Assembly (NCBI RefSeq): GCF_964194155.1
Contig: NW_027597768.1
Span: 1-64,000, forward strand
DNA length: 64,000 nt
Direction: 5' to 3'
From: Cetorhinus maximus
Taxonomy: Eukaryota
Positions 39,032 through 50,664 of the stretch are shown piece by piece; position 1 is the stretch's first letter; each line of letters opens with the position of its first letter. Made by a program: the position numbers and the translations under genes. Below the pieces are notes generated by a model. The model was not told where the DNA came from and did not search any database. It saw nothing but the letters and a program-made list of their open reading frames with translations.

Positions 39032-39874
39032 ATGGAGAAACCATGGAAATGTGGAGACTGTGGGAAGGGATGCAAAACCCCATCACAGCTGGAGATTCAT
39101 CTACGCAGTCACACTGGGGAGAGGCCATTCACCTGCTCTGAATGTGGGAAGGGATTCACTCAGTCATCCACCCTGCAGAAGCACCAGCGAGTTCACACTG
39201 GGGAGAGGCCGTTCACCTGCTCTGAGTGTGGGAAGCGATTCACTCAGTCATCCAGCCTGATGGCACACCACATCACTCACACCAATGAGAGACCCTTTAA
39301 ATGCTCTGACTGTTTGAGTGGCTTCAAAAGTGCGGCAGATCTAAGGGTCCACCGACGCATTCACACTGAGGAGAGACCGTTCAGCTGCTCTTACTGTGCA
39401 AAGAGGTTTACAACGTCATCCAACCTTTGGACACACCAACGCATTCACACTGAGGAGAGACAATTCAGTTGCTCTTACTGTGCAAAGAGGTTTACAAAGT
39501 CATCCAACCTTTGGACACACCAATGCGTTCACACCGGGGAGAGGCCGTTCATCTGCTCTGAGTGTGGGAAGGGATTCACTCAGTCTTCCAACCTGCGGTC
39601 ACACCAGCGAGTTCACACCAGGGAGAAACCATTTGCCTGCCCTGAGTGTGGGAAGGAATTTATTCAGTCCTCCAGCCTGCGGGCACACCAGCGAGTTCAC
39701 ACCAGGGAGAAACCATTTGCCTGCCCTGAGTGTGGGAAGGAATTTATTCAGTCCTCCAACCTGCGGGCACACCAGCGAATTCACACTGGGGAAAGGCCGT
39801 TCACTTGCTCCGTGTGTGAGAAGGGATTCACTCGTTCATCACACTTACTGAGACACCAGCGAGTTCACGAGTGA
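39032..39874 (+). CDS. C2H2 ZNF, 10 intact fingers
   Basis: accATGg MEKPWK within ORF 38957..39874; acceptor at 38679; 3'UTR AATAAA ~40138. Confidence 0.9.
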   Translation: MEKPWKCGDCGKGCKTPSQLEIHLRSHTGERPFTCSECGKGFTQSSTLQKHQRVHTGERPFTCSECGKRFTQSSSLMAHHITHTNERPFKCSDCLSGFKSAADLRVHRRIHTEERPFSCSYCAKRFTTSSNLWTHQRIHTEERQFSCSYCAKRFTKSSNLWTHQCVHTGERPFICSECGKGFTQSSNLRSHQRVHTREKPFACPECGKEFIQSSSLRAHQRVHTREKPFACPECGKEFIQSSNLRAHQRIHTGERPFTCSVCEKGFTRSSHLLRHQRVHE

Positions 39875-40189
39875 ATACAGGGGTTGGATTCTGCTGTTGT
39901 TGCTGCTGTTAATCCAGGACTGAACAATGTTCATTCTGACAGTTGGTGAAGTGGGAGGGTCGGAGGGTTTCTTTCTGCTGGACTGGCCGGTCTCACAACT
40001 TTGCTTCCAGTGGGCTGATGCTCTTTGAGCTTGGGAGTGCACGTTTCCACTGAAATGATCTACAGAAGCTCATGATGTATACATATTTCACCCTGAATAG
40101 TAAAGAGTGTTTTTCCTACCACTACAGTTAGATCTAAAATAAATACATTTGTCTCTGTTCCATTGAGTCCACAGCACGGGGCCAGGCCA

Positions 40190-40660
40190 GTCAGCACAAT
40201 TGTCTATGTCAGTATTTATGCTTCACATGAGCCTCCACCCACCCTCATCTCCCCTCATCAGCATATCCTTCTATTCCTTTCTCCCTAATGTATGTATCTA
40301 GCTTCACCTTAAAAGTATTCATACTATTCACCTCAACCACTCGCTGTGGTAATGAGCTCCACATTCTCACCAGTTGCTGGATGAAGATGTTTCTCATGAA
40401 ATCCCTATTGAATTATTGAACCCCTTTATAATCTTAAAGACTTCCATCAGGTCACCCTTCAGTCTTCTCTTTTCTAGAGAATAGCGCCCCAGCCTTTCAT
40501 GAGGGGTAAATGCTCTCAGTTCAGGTATTATTCTGGTGAATCTTTGTTTCCCCTCCTCCAGTGCCTTATTTCCTTTCTCGAAATGGAGATCACAAATGTT
40601 GACCATCCTCCCAGTGTAATTGAACCATGGTTCTGAACATAAACTCCGTGTTTTTCATTC
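40190..40660 (-). mobile_element. Old CR1 3' fragment
   Basis: QRFTRIIPELR...SLEKRRLKGDLMEVFKIIKG. Confidence 0.75.
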
Positions 40661-41512
40661 TATCCCTCTAGAACGCCCTACATATGGGCTCCACATTCAA
40701 GGAAATTTGCAAAGTTCTTAGGGAGTCTGGAGCGAGGATTTACGATATTGCCACCAGGGATGAGGGACTTCAGTTAGTTGGAAAGACTGGAGCAGCTGAA
40801 ATCTCTCTCATTAGATCATTGAGTCATTAGTGTAGGCAATGGGGCCATTCAGCCCATCGAGTCCATGCTGGCTCTCTGTAGAGAAAACCTGTCAGTCCCA
40901 TTGCCCAGTCCTATCCCTGTAGTGCTCCAGGTTCATTTCCCTGACGTGCCCATCCAATTTCCATTAGAAATCATTCCATCATCTCTGCTTCTAGCACACT
41001 CATAGGAAGTGGGTTCCAGGTCATTACCACTCACTTTAAATGTACACAAGGATCACAGAGCACAGAAGGAGGCCATTTGGCCCATCGTGTTCATGTCAGA
41101 TATTTGAGAAACTACCCAGTTAATCCTAGAACCCTGCAATTTTATTTTCCTTTCAAGAATCTGCCCAATTCCATTTTGAAAGATAGAGTCCAATCTGCTC
41201 TCTGCACCGTTTTCAGGCAGTGCGTTCTACATCACAAAAACTCGCTGTGTTTCAACGCAAATAATTCAGGATGCAGCATGTTTGGATTTTCACAAGAGTG
41301 ATTGAAATGTTGTCAAAGACAAGGTTATTGCACAAAATTAAGACTCAATCCATATTATTTTGATGTGCAGACAAAATGTAATATATCCAAATTTGTGGAC
41401 AATTGGAAAAAATTGCATTTCTTTGCACCTTGCACCACCACATGACCTCCTACAGCGTTTTACAGCCAATGAAGTACTTCTGAAGTCTAGTCACTGTTGT
41501 AATGTATGAAAC

Positions 41513-42629
41513 TGTAGGTAGGCCTGGGTAGCTAAATTTAGTTTTAAAAATCAATCACTTTCACACTGTATTCACTGTTATAGGTAACAAGGTTAAGGAA
41601 GCCATTTTAAGCTCTAACGTGTCTGGATCTTTATTTTTTTAATCATAAAAACTGTATCAACATAAATGTTTCCAGAACCTGCAGCCCCAATGTTTAACAA
41701 AGAAATTCTTTTCTAATTTTGATAAGTTATAGGACATCATATTCTGCCAAAGTTCAGTTCAAGAAGGCTCATTGTTCAATCCAATCAAGATTAGTAAGAA
41801 ACTATTGTCTTCTGCAAACTGTCTTTTTGAACCACTCATTCTTGTATCAACCAAATCTATGAATTAAATATTACTGTATTAATTAGCTACCAGTCAGTAA
41901 CAGCTGATTGAATAAGTAGTGAGCCTTAATTGAATTACAATTAATAAATCAATTCTGAATCAGTCATTATAGTAAAAGACTGAGTTTTATTTGCTGTAAA
42001 ACTGTAAAACTTTAATTGCTGTGTTTGTAAAGAATGTGCAATGAAGATAAATGTACTGGCAAGAGAGACCTTCAAACCCTGATAAGCCTCAACATTTCGA
42101 ACTGTATAAGGGATCACATAGAATAAGATAAAGGGATCGTATGAAACAGTTCTATTGTATTCCTGTCTAAGATAATGAGAGAAGGTGGTGTAAGTAATTT
42201 GGGATCCAATTAAATTAACCAATTGTCATGTTACAACAAGCCCCACTTTGACATGAGGTAATTGTCACATTGGACATAAAAGTTGAGGTTCTGAAGGTCT
42301 TCCTTGCTAGCCAAGTATGAAGATTCCCCAGGCTGAGTTCCAAGAAAATTACTGTCAAAGAAGGAGCCAGACTCGCGAAGCTGAATTCCATAAGAATTGC
42401 TGTCAAAGAAGGAGCCTGAGAGGGTTATACTTTTATGGACTGATCACCACATGAGGTTGCAAAGTTATTATTTTAAAGTTGTGAAGTAAACCTTTTTCTT
42501 TTAATAAACTTCTTTTAAATTTACAATCCATAGAACTCTGCCTTTGCATTAATTGTCAAAATTCTTGTCTGAACCAAAGTGAATTCATTAATTGGCAAGT
42601 TGGGGGTGGCTGAAATCGATTAAGTTACA
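41513..42629 (+). mobile_element. Possible solo LTR between two Deu-SINE tail fragments (41410-41512, 42668-42810)
   Basis: TGTA...TACA ends, AATAAA ~42503; no target-site duplication found. Confidence 0.35.
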
Positions 42630-42811
42630 GATCATAAGATGAGGTAACACAAAACTTGAATTTAAAAACTTGCATTTTTAAGGGCCGTTCACAACCACAA
42701 TACATCCCAAAGTGCTTTACAGCCAAGGAAGTACTTTTTGTAGTGTAGTCACTGTGTAATTTAGGAAACATGGCAGTCCCTGCTCTTCTCTGAAATTGTG
42801 GCCATGGGGAC

Positions 42812-43893
42812 TTTTTTTTTTTTTTGTAAAAATATACTTTATTCATAAAAATCTTCAATCACATTCAAAACCATTTCAAAAACAACATTACAAGGGTACA
42901 ATCCAGGTTAAACTTTTACAAAATGTATCACCAGGTGCATCAGTACAAACAATATTACAGTCATTTACAGCCTTTCATTTTGATCTGTACATCCCGAGGG
43001 GCTCTAAACAGTTCCCAGTCTCTCGGTGCGCTGTGGTAGAAAGGTCTTAGACAGCGACCCTTCCCCATTGCGCCTTTGCGGCAGCTGCCCCAAGCTTTAG
43101 TGCGTCCCTCAGCACGTAGTCCTGGACTTTGGATTGTGCCAGTCCGCAACAATCGGTCGGGGACAAATCTTTGTGCTGGAAGACCAACAAGTTTCGGGCA
43201 GACCAAAGCGCGTCTTTCACCGAGTTGATGATCCTCCAGCTGCAGTTGATGTTTGTCTCGGTGTGTGTCCCTGGGAACAGCCCGTAGAGCACAGAGTCCT
43301 GTGTCACAGAACTGCTCGGGATGAACCTCGACAGCAACCACTGCATCTCTCTCCAGACTTTCTTTGCAAAGGCACAATCCACAAGGAGGTGAACAACGGT
43401 CTCTTCCCCACCACAGCCACCTCGAGGGCATCGTGCAGAGGGGGTGAGACTCCTGGCGTGTAGGAAGGATCTGACGGGGAGGGCCTTTCTCACCACCAGC
43501 CAAGCTACGTCTTGGTGCTTGTTGGAAAGTTCTGGCGATGAGGCATTCTGCCAAATGACTTTGACAGTCTGCTCGGGGAACCATCCCACAGGGTCCACCC
43601 TCTCCTTATCCCTCAGGGCCTCTAGGACGTTACGTGCTGACCACTGCCTGATGGACTTGTGGTCAAAGGTGTTTTTCTGCATAAATTTTTCCACCAGGGA
43701 CAGGTGGTACGGCGCGGTCCAACTACTTGGAGCGTTCCGCGGCAGCGTGGCCAGACCCATCCTTCGCAACACCGGGGACAGGTAGAACCTCAGCACGTAG
43801 TGACACTTGGTGTTTGCGTACTGAGGGTCTACGCACCGCTTGATGCAGCCGCACACAAAGGTGGCCATCAGTATGAGGGCGATGTTGGGCACG
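42812..43893 (-). mobile_element. Tx1/L1-clade LINE 3' end with poly(A)
   Basis: T-tract 42812-42826; ORF2 C-terminal zinc knuckle AWLVVRKALPVR...CPRGGCGGEETVVHLLVDC; GC-rich and uninterrupted, so probably young. Confidence 0.85.
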
Positions 43894-44074
43894 TTTGTTG
43901 CAATCTCCTCCATCACCTTTGTTTTAATATAATGTGAAGATTTCTGCCTCACACATCTCCACTGGAACGGATCCTCCCTTCCAACAGAGAAGGATGAGGT
44001 CATAAAGGTGCGGCAGTAGATGGGACTTTCCGTGCTTGAGCAGTTCAGCTGGAATTCCATCCTTGCTGGTGTCT

Positions 44075-44320
44075 TCCTGCTTGCTAAGCAATCAATGTTG
44101 TGCATCTGATAGGCTTTGCTTTTTGCTTCAATGACAGATGTCATCTCTGCTGAGCAGGTCTCAAAACAGTCTTTGTTGTGGGTTCCACCTTTACCAAATG
44201 TTGCTGCTGCTGTTAGAAATTATTGAACTCAGCGACTTCCAAGCTTCATCAATATCAATGTTGATTGATGAAGCTTTTATTGATGTGCCTGTAAAATAAT
44301 TCACTGTTTTATTTAATGTT
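44075..44320 (-). mobile_element. RTE-like LINE fragment (EN-RT spacer)
   Basis: With one frameshift reads AWKSLSSII..AAATFGKGGTHNKDCFETCSAEMTSVIEAKSKA. Confidence 0.5.
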
Positions 44321-44877
44321 CCTCTATAATTCAATTTCAAAATGGAGGTGCCGCTGTGAAGAATGTCACTGTGAAGAATGTGAAAGTCAGTAAGAATTGT
44401 CATCAAGGATTAATCAGCACTTTCTAATGGGAGATGTAAATCAGTGGAACTGTTCAGACACTGAATTGTAGTTTTTGCAAATACCAATTTAGGGTTGAAG
44501 TAAAAGTTCATAATTTTATTGTAAATGAGTTCCTGTTGAGAGTTCTTGAATTAAGGGGAAAGATCACAGATGGTGCTTTTAAAAAGGGACACTGCAGCCC
44601 TGAAGATCAGTAACATAGCCAGAACATTAAACTCCAGCCAGTTATAGGGGCTGTTACAGACTATCAGTCCTGGATGTGAGTTTTTTTTATTCATTCATGG
44701 GATGTGGGCATCTTTGGATAAGACAACATTTATTGTCCATCCCATATTAACAGCAGCAATAACAGCAGAATCCAACCCCTACAGTCATTTGTGAACTCAC
44801 TGGTGTGTCAGCAGGTATCATAATGAGTGAACCCCATCCCACACAGAGCAGGTGAATGGTCTCTTCCTAATGTGAAG

Positions 44878-45849
44878 TCATTGGTTTGCACTGTGGGTGG
44901 ATGACTTCCTGAACCTCTTCCCACTAGAAGTGCAGCTGAATGGCTTCTCCTCAGTGTGACTTCGCTGGTGTCTTAGCAGGCTGGATGATTGGGCAAATCT
45001 CATCCCACACACAGAGCAGCTGAACAGCCTCTCCCCGGTGTGAACTCGCTGGTGCAACATGAGACTGGCTGACTGAGTAAATCCCTTCCCACATACGGAA
45101 CAGGTGAATGGTCTCTCCTGAGTATGAACTCGCTGGTGTGTCAGCAGGTTGGATGACTGAGTGAATCCCTTCCCACACACAGAGTAGATAAATGGTCTTT
45201 CGCCAGTGTGACCTCGCTTGTGTACAGTGAGACTAAATGGAGACTTGAACCTCTTTCCACAGGAAGTGCAGCTAAATGGCCAATCCTCAGTGTGAACTCT
45301 CTGGTGTAACATGACACCAGCTGATTGAGTGAATCCCTTCCCACACACGAAGCATGTGAATGGCCTCTCTCCAGTGTGAACCCGTTGATGTGCGACGAGG
45401 GTGGAAGAATGCCTGAACCTCCTTCCACAAGAAGTGCAGCTGAATGGTCTGTCCTCAGTGTGAATTCGCTGGTGTAACATAAGGCCGGCTGACTGAGTAA
45501 ATCCCTTCCCACACTCAGAACAGGTGAACGGTCTCTCCCCAGTGTGAATGCGTTGATGAGTTTCCAACAAGCATCGATAATTGAATCCCTTCCCACAGTC
45601 CTCACATTTCCACTGTTTCTCCATGGTATGGGTGTTCTTGTGTCTCTCCAGGTGGAAAATCAATAAAAGCCTTGTCCACACAGAACAAGTGTATGGTTCC
45701 TCCCCACTGCGAATTGTGTGATGTTGTTTCAGGCTGTGTAACTTGTTAATTCTCTTTCCACACTCAATGCACTGGAACACTCTCACTCGGGTGTGAGTGT
45801 GTCTTGGTGCTTTTCCAGTCACACTGGAAAAGAAAGAACAGACAAACAT
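44878..45849 (-). CDS. C2H2 ZNF, 7 intact fingers from MEKQWK (ATG 45624) plus degenerate ones; the leader is open in frame from ATG 45849
   Basis: ORF 44878..45867 (the track's start codon is TTG); decayed last finger and family 3'UTR at ~44790-44600. Confidence 0.75.
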   Translation of the reverse strand: MFVCSFFSSVTGKAPRHTHTRVRVFQCIECGKRINKLHSLKQHHTIRSGEEPYTCSVWTRLLLIFHLERHKNTHTMEKQWKCEDCGKGFNYRCLLETHQRIHTGERPFTCSECGKGFTQSAGLMLHQRIHTEDRPFSCTSCGRRFRHSSTLVAHQRVHTGERPFTCFVCGKGFTQSAGVMLHQRVHTEDWPFSCTSCGKRFKSPFSLTVHKRGHTGERPFIYSVCGKGFTQSSNLLTHQRVHTQERPFTCSVCGKGFTQSASLMLHQRVHTGERLFSCSVCGMRFAQSSSLLRHQRSHTEEKPFSCTSSGKRFRKSSTHSANQ

Positions 45850-46269
45850 TTCTCTTTCCACATCCAAAGGCCGATGATATTCAGGTCCTGATGATTGAAT
45901 GACTGTCAGATGTTGATGTAACGTTTGGTTTGAGTTTCTCGTCTGTAAATCGTCCTCCTTTAATTGTCCTGTAAAATGCGTTTACAAAAGTCATCACTCT
46001 CAGTGCAGGAAAAGATCGTAACAGACAAATCAAGTTTTTGTGAAACAATTTTCTTCTTATGTTCCCCCAAAACTGAAAATTCCCGTCTCACACACTCTCC
46101 CACACCCGTGCTGAAGTTCCAACCCATCACACTATCTGTTACCATTTCTTTCTTCCACTCCCAATTTTCCCCCTCCCTTTACTAAGCCTGGATTGTTTTC
46201 CAGCCCCTGCACACAGACTGAGAATAAAATTAATGAATCAATCATTTTCTCTCCTAGTCACTGGGACCC

Positions 46270-46800
46270 CGAAGCCACGCCCTGCGTCACCAAGATGACC
46301 CATCATTCCCCCGCTCCAAGCGCAAACAAGATGGCGGCCGTAAACACGGGCTTAATCCGGGAAAAAGCCCCGCTGCAAACGCGGCATCTGCAGGTCTTTT
46401 GTCGGATTTCGCGGCTTACACCGGGTGAACAGAGGCCGCCCAACCGCCGGTTCCCCTCCCCCGCTGCCGAGCGACAAGCAAACATCTCCCCAGCATCAAC
46501 ACTCACCCTGCGCATGCTCGGAACACTCAGTGGAACCGCGCATGCGTTCAGGTCTTCTGTTGTGAGGATAGAGGACTTTCTCCCCCGCTCGGAATGCTGG
46601 GTATAGGCCCCGCCATTGGAACTATCCATCAATTTATGATTATTTCTTCGCAGTTGCTGAGGCTGCGCTCGTTCCGCTCAGCTTCTGGGAGCCGCACCGC
46701 GCATGCTCAGCGCATTTCGACTGTTTCCGGGGGCGGGACCTTCCCGCATCTGCGCAATGCGGCCACTCTGTCAGAGATAGGTCGTATTTCCCTGCGCCGT
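46270..46800. promoter_or_regulatory. CpG-rich, probably bidirectional promoter
   Basis: YY1 caagatggcggc 46327, reverse donor actcacc 46501, NRF1-like tgcgcatgctc 46509, cgcgcatgcg ~46537, cgcgcatgctc ~46699. Confidence 0.7.
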
Positions 46801-47974
46801 GTATTCTGGATATTAGGGACCGTCATTTATATGTTTAGCGGAGGGAAAGTTCATGTGTCGTAATCATTGAATAATAGAACAGCATAAAGCAGTGATCATT
46901 ATCCACTCCCACTCCCTGCCAGTCTCTCGTAAAATGAATACGTTCATAACAATAATTCATTTGACTATTTTTAAATGGTTTTCTTTTGTTTAAAAATAAT
47001 GTTCATCTAATTTTAATTTTTAACTCGGATTCATGGCCTCAATGTTTTTTTTTCATCCTCGCAACCCCTGAATTCCATCTGGCTGTGTAATATTGGCCAG
47101 TGGTGATTGATTGTGCTGGGAATCAATAGGATGTGGAGCTCAGAGGCCAGTGGACCAAGGGAAGCAGTGAGTTCTGTAACAAATTGCCTGGCTGGAGCGC
47201 TGGAATCTGAGTTAACCAGTCAAATGAGTCAGTGTGAACCCCTGGTAAACAATTTATCTTTTAAAAAGTAACTCAATTTTATTTTATTAACAAAACCGTT
47301 TAACTTTTGTCTGCATTTTGTTTTTCTGGAGCTCCTATTATGAGTGTCATGCTCTTCAGTGCCAAGTGGACCACGTTTTTAAAGATCATTCATTTCCCCC
47401 TTTCCACGTTGCTGTTAATTAAAGATGCAAATATTGATTCCCCCTTATTGTGCAACAATTTGTGATACTTAGAAGGATAAATCCCACCCTTCTACACATT
47501 TATTTATTAAAGAAACATCTTTCCTGTAATTACTGAACCACATTCTATACTGGGAGAAATGCCTCGTGGCTCCAGCCTTGAAAGTTCTCATCCTTTTGTT
47601 CAATCCCCTCCATGGAGTCACCCCTCCCTATCTCTGTGACCTCTTGAAAATTTATTATGAAGAAGCTGTTTTTGGCATCAGAATGCAGCTCAAGTTGGCA
47701 TAAGAACCAGAGGTGACATGAGGAAAAATATTCTGACATGAGTTGTTATGATCGGAATCCCACTGCCTGAAAGGGTGGTGGAAGCAAATTCAATTGTGGC
47801 TTTAAAAGTCAGAAATTCTTGAATTGGTAAAAATTGCATATCTACAAGGAAAGGGCAGGAAAGTGGAGCCAGCATGATGGGCTGAAGGGCTTCCTTCTGA
47901 ATTGTACAATTCTCTGATTTTGTGAATACAATGTTCCTCCGATTCTGATTTCTTCCTCCCCAAAAATCCACTCA

Positions 47975-48500
47975 CAGATGTGCAGTTTGGGTTCCTCCAG
48001 GGCCACGCAGCTCTAGATCTCATTACAGCCTTGGGACAAACATGGACAAAAGAGCTGAATTCTTGAGGTGAGTTGAGATTGGCTGCCCTTAACATCAGGA
48101 CAGCATTTGACTGAGTGGGATCGAGGGTCCCAGTAAAACTGAATTCAATGGGAACCGGGATGGAAAGTTCTGCCTGAAATAATACGTTGCACGAAGGAGA
48201 ACGTTGTGGTTATTGGAGGTCAATCATCTCAGTGCCAAGACTTGCTGCAAAGTTCCTCAGGGTAGTGCCGAGGCCTATTCATCAATAATCTTTCCTCTGC
48301 CATAAGTCAGACTTGGAAATATATCAGCGTTGCTTCGGCATCACTGGGTCCAAATCCTGGAACTCCCTTCCTAGAAACATCTACACCATGTGGACTGCAA
48401 CGATGGCTCACCATCAACTTCCAAGGACAATTTGGGATGGACAACAAACGCTGGCCTTGCCAGTGACGCCCACATCCCGTGATCAAATTATGACAAGGAA
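47975..48500 (+). mobile_element. Decayed Crack-like LINE fragments with tail
   Basis: cctcagggtagtg, gggtccaaatcctggaactcccttcc, and a tail as at 13400-13590. Confidence 0.6.
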
Positions 48501-48777
48501 ATAAACTGGATTTCATTGTTCTGAATTTCCATCCTGCACTGACTTTTGTAAACTCCTATTATATGATAGTCATTTGGAAGGATTTGCAGGTGGGAAACTC
48601 AAACCAAACACCTCATCAAAATCTGACAGATTCACTCAATACATCAGGCGCTGGATATCATTGAATCTTCAATATAGAAGGAGAATGTTTTGAACAATTG
48701 CACAGCCTGAAAAAGCATCGCACCTTTCACAGTGGGGAGAAACTTTGTGTAGATGAGGTTTGAACTGATCATCCAAC

Positions 48778-49144
48778 ATGGACAGCCACGAGGACACCGG
48801 CACCACGGATAAACTGTGGAAATGTGGGGACTGTGGGAAGGGGTTTGTTTCCCCATCAAAGCTGGAAATTCATCGACGCAGTCACACTGGGGGGGAGGCC
48901 ATTCACCTGCTCTGTGTGTGGGAAGGGAATCATTAATTCATCCAACCTTCTGAGACACCAGTACATTCACACTGAGCAGAGTTCAGTCGTTTGCTCTGTG
49001 TGTGGGAAGGCAATCAGCCATTCATTGAACTTTCAGAGATGCCAGCAAACACACAGTGGACAGTGGCCGTTCACCTGCTCCGTGTGTGGGAGGGGATTCA
49101 CTCAGTCATGCTCCTGGCTGTCATATCAGCGAGTTCATAAGTGA
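48778..49144 (+). pseudogene. Degenerate 4-finger ZNF with frameshift after finger 1 and collapsed leader
   Basis: [37 protein letters not shown], then an expanded G-run shifts the frame; His ligands lost in fingers 3-4. Confidence 0.75.
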
Positions 49145-50664
49145 CTGTCGGGGTTGGATTCTGCCGTTGTTGCTGCTGTTAATCATGTTCATGATTGAAT
49201 CCTTTCATGCTGACAATTGGTGTTTGTTTCTGCTGATGTTAATAAACCACATAATTGGGCTACTGTTTAATATTCTGGGTAAATGTCAAATCGTTGTCAA
49301 GCTTTATTTTAAATACATTTTATGTAGATTTTTGTCTTTCACACCTGAGTGTTTAGCATCACCTGGTTGCAGCTCAGTAAGGGTAACCTGAGGGAGGATC
49401 ATACGACAGGAACAGAATTTCAGCCTGAACACGATCCTTCAGTGTCAGAATGAGAGGGACAAATGCCACTTTCGTCTTTCTTGTCTCTCAAGAAATGCGT
49501 TCCAGCCACTTCTATGCAGTATGCACAGCCTAATGGTGACCAAAGCCAGGTAGTGTGGAGTCAAAGGTCACATACAAAAATGCATTGAAAATCATAAACT
49601 CCCTGTTAGTCTAACCCTCTGATATCTGCTTTGTAACAATCGTGTTTCAAAGCTCTGAGGCACAGAGCAGATGGCTCCTTTACAAATGTGATTGTTCAAC
49701 CTGAGTCAGGAAGACTGAAAATGTGTTGTTAAATCAGAGATTGGTGTAAAAATCTGTTAACTGCTGGTACAATTATACAACATTCATTTGATCTTCAGAT
49801 ACAGAAGGACTTACAGCGTGTTTCCATAAATTCCTTATTTTATTGATGTTATATACCAGGATTTTATTGCAGTCTTCCGCAGGTTTAGCTCTACCCCGCA
49901 ATTTACTAATCAATAAATTAATAAATATATCACTTAATTACTTCATCGTGTCATTGTTCAGTCAGCTAACGAATTAAAGCTTTAATGAACTATGCTACAA
50001 ATATTTGTTAATTGCGAATTCTTACCTGTGATTTACTGTAATTCTGCTCCCAAGTTTTAAAATTGGAGCTCTGATTTCTGAGTCCAAATCGTTTATATAA
50101 ATTCTGAATAACAGTGGTCCCAGCATTTCTCCCTGTGGAACATCACGTCCCACCTTTTACCAGTCTGAGTAGCTACTCTTAACCTCTTCTCTCTGTTTTC
50201 TGTTTTGTAACTAGCTTGTTATCCACAACAGCATGTACAATCTACAAGGTGACCAAGATGCTGTGTGGAGTGAAGGACCAGGAAGCAGAATGGGTGGATA
50301 GATGGCTACAAAACCGAAATGAGAGGGTTAGATTTACAAGGAGTTTGCCGTGATCTTTCCATCCATTCTGCTCTGTGTACTGACCTTCACCGAGACCATC
50401 AATGGAAAGGGAATTAGCATCATGTGTACTGCCAAGTGGAAAGTAGAGGCTGCAATTTACCAAGGATGTTGTCCTGTGTTCTATACTATCTCCCACCAGG
50501 GCTGATAACCCAGGGTGGCAATAGACAGCTCATTGTTAACAATTTGCGTTTGCTTCTGTCCCAGGTGTTCTTCAATATTGATTTAAAGTTCAGAGAAACA
50601 TAGAAAATAGAAGAAGGAGAAGGTCATTCAGCCGTTCAAGCCTGCTCCACCATTCAATATGATC

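Noticed and set aside
43047-44144. 365-aa ORF as a novel gene
   Set aside because: Chance in-frame junction of an RTE-like relic, unassigned DNA and a 5'-truncated Tx1 ORF2 end.
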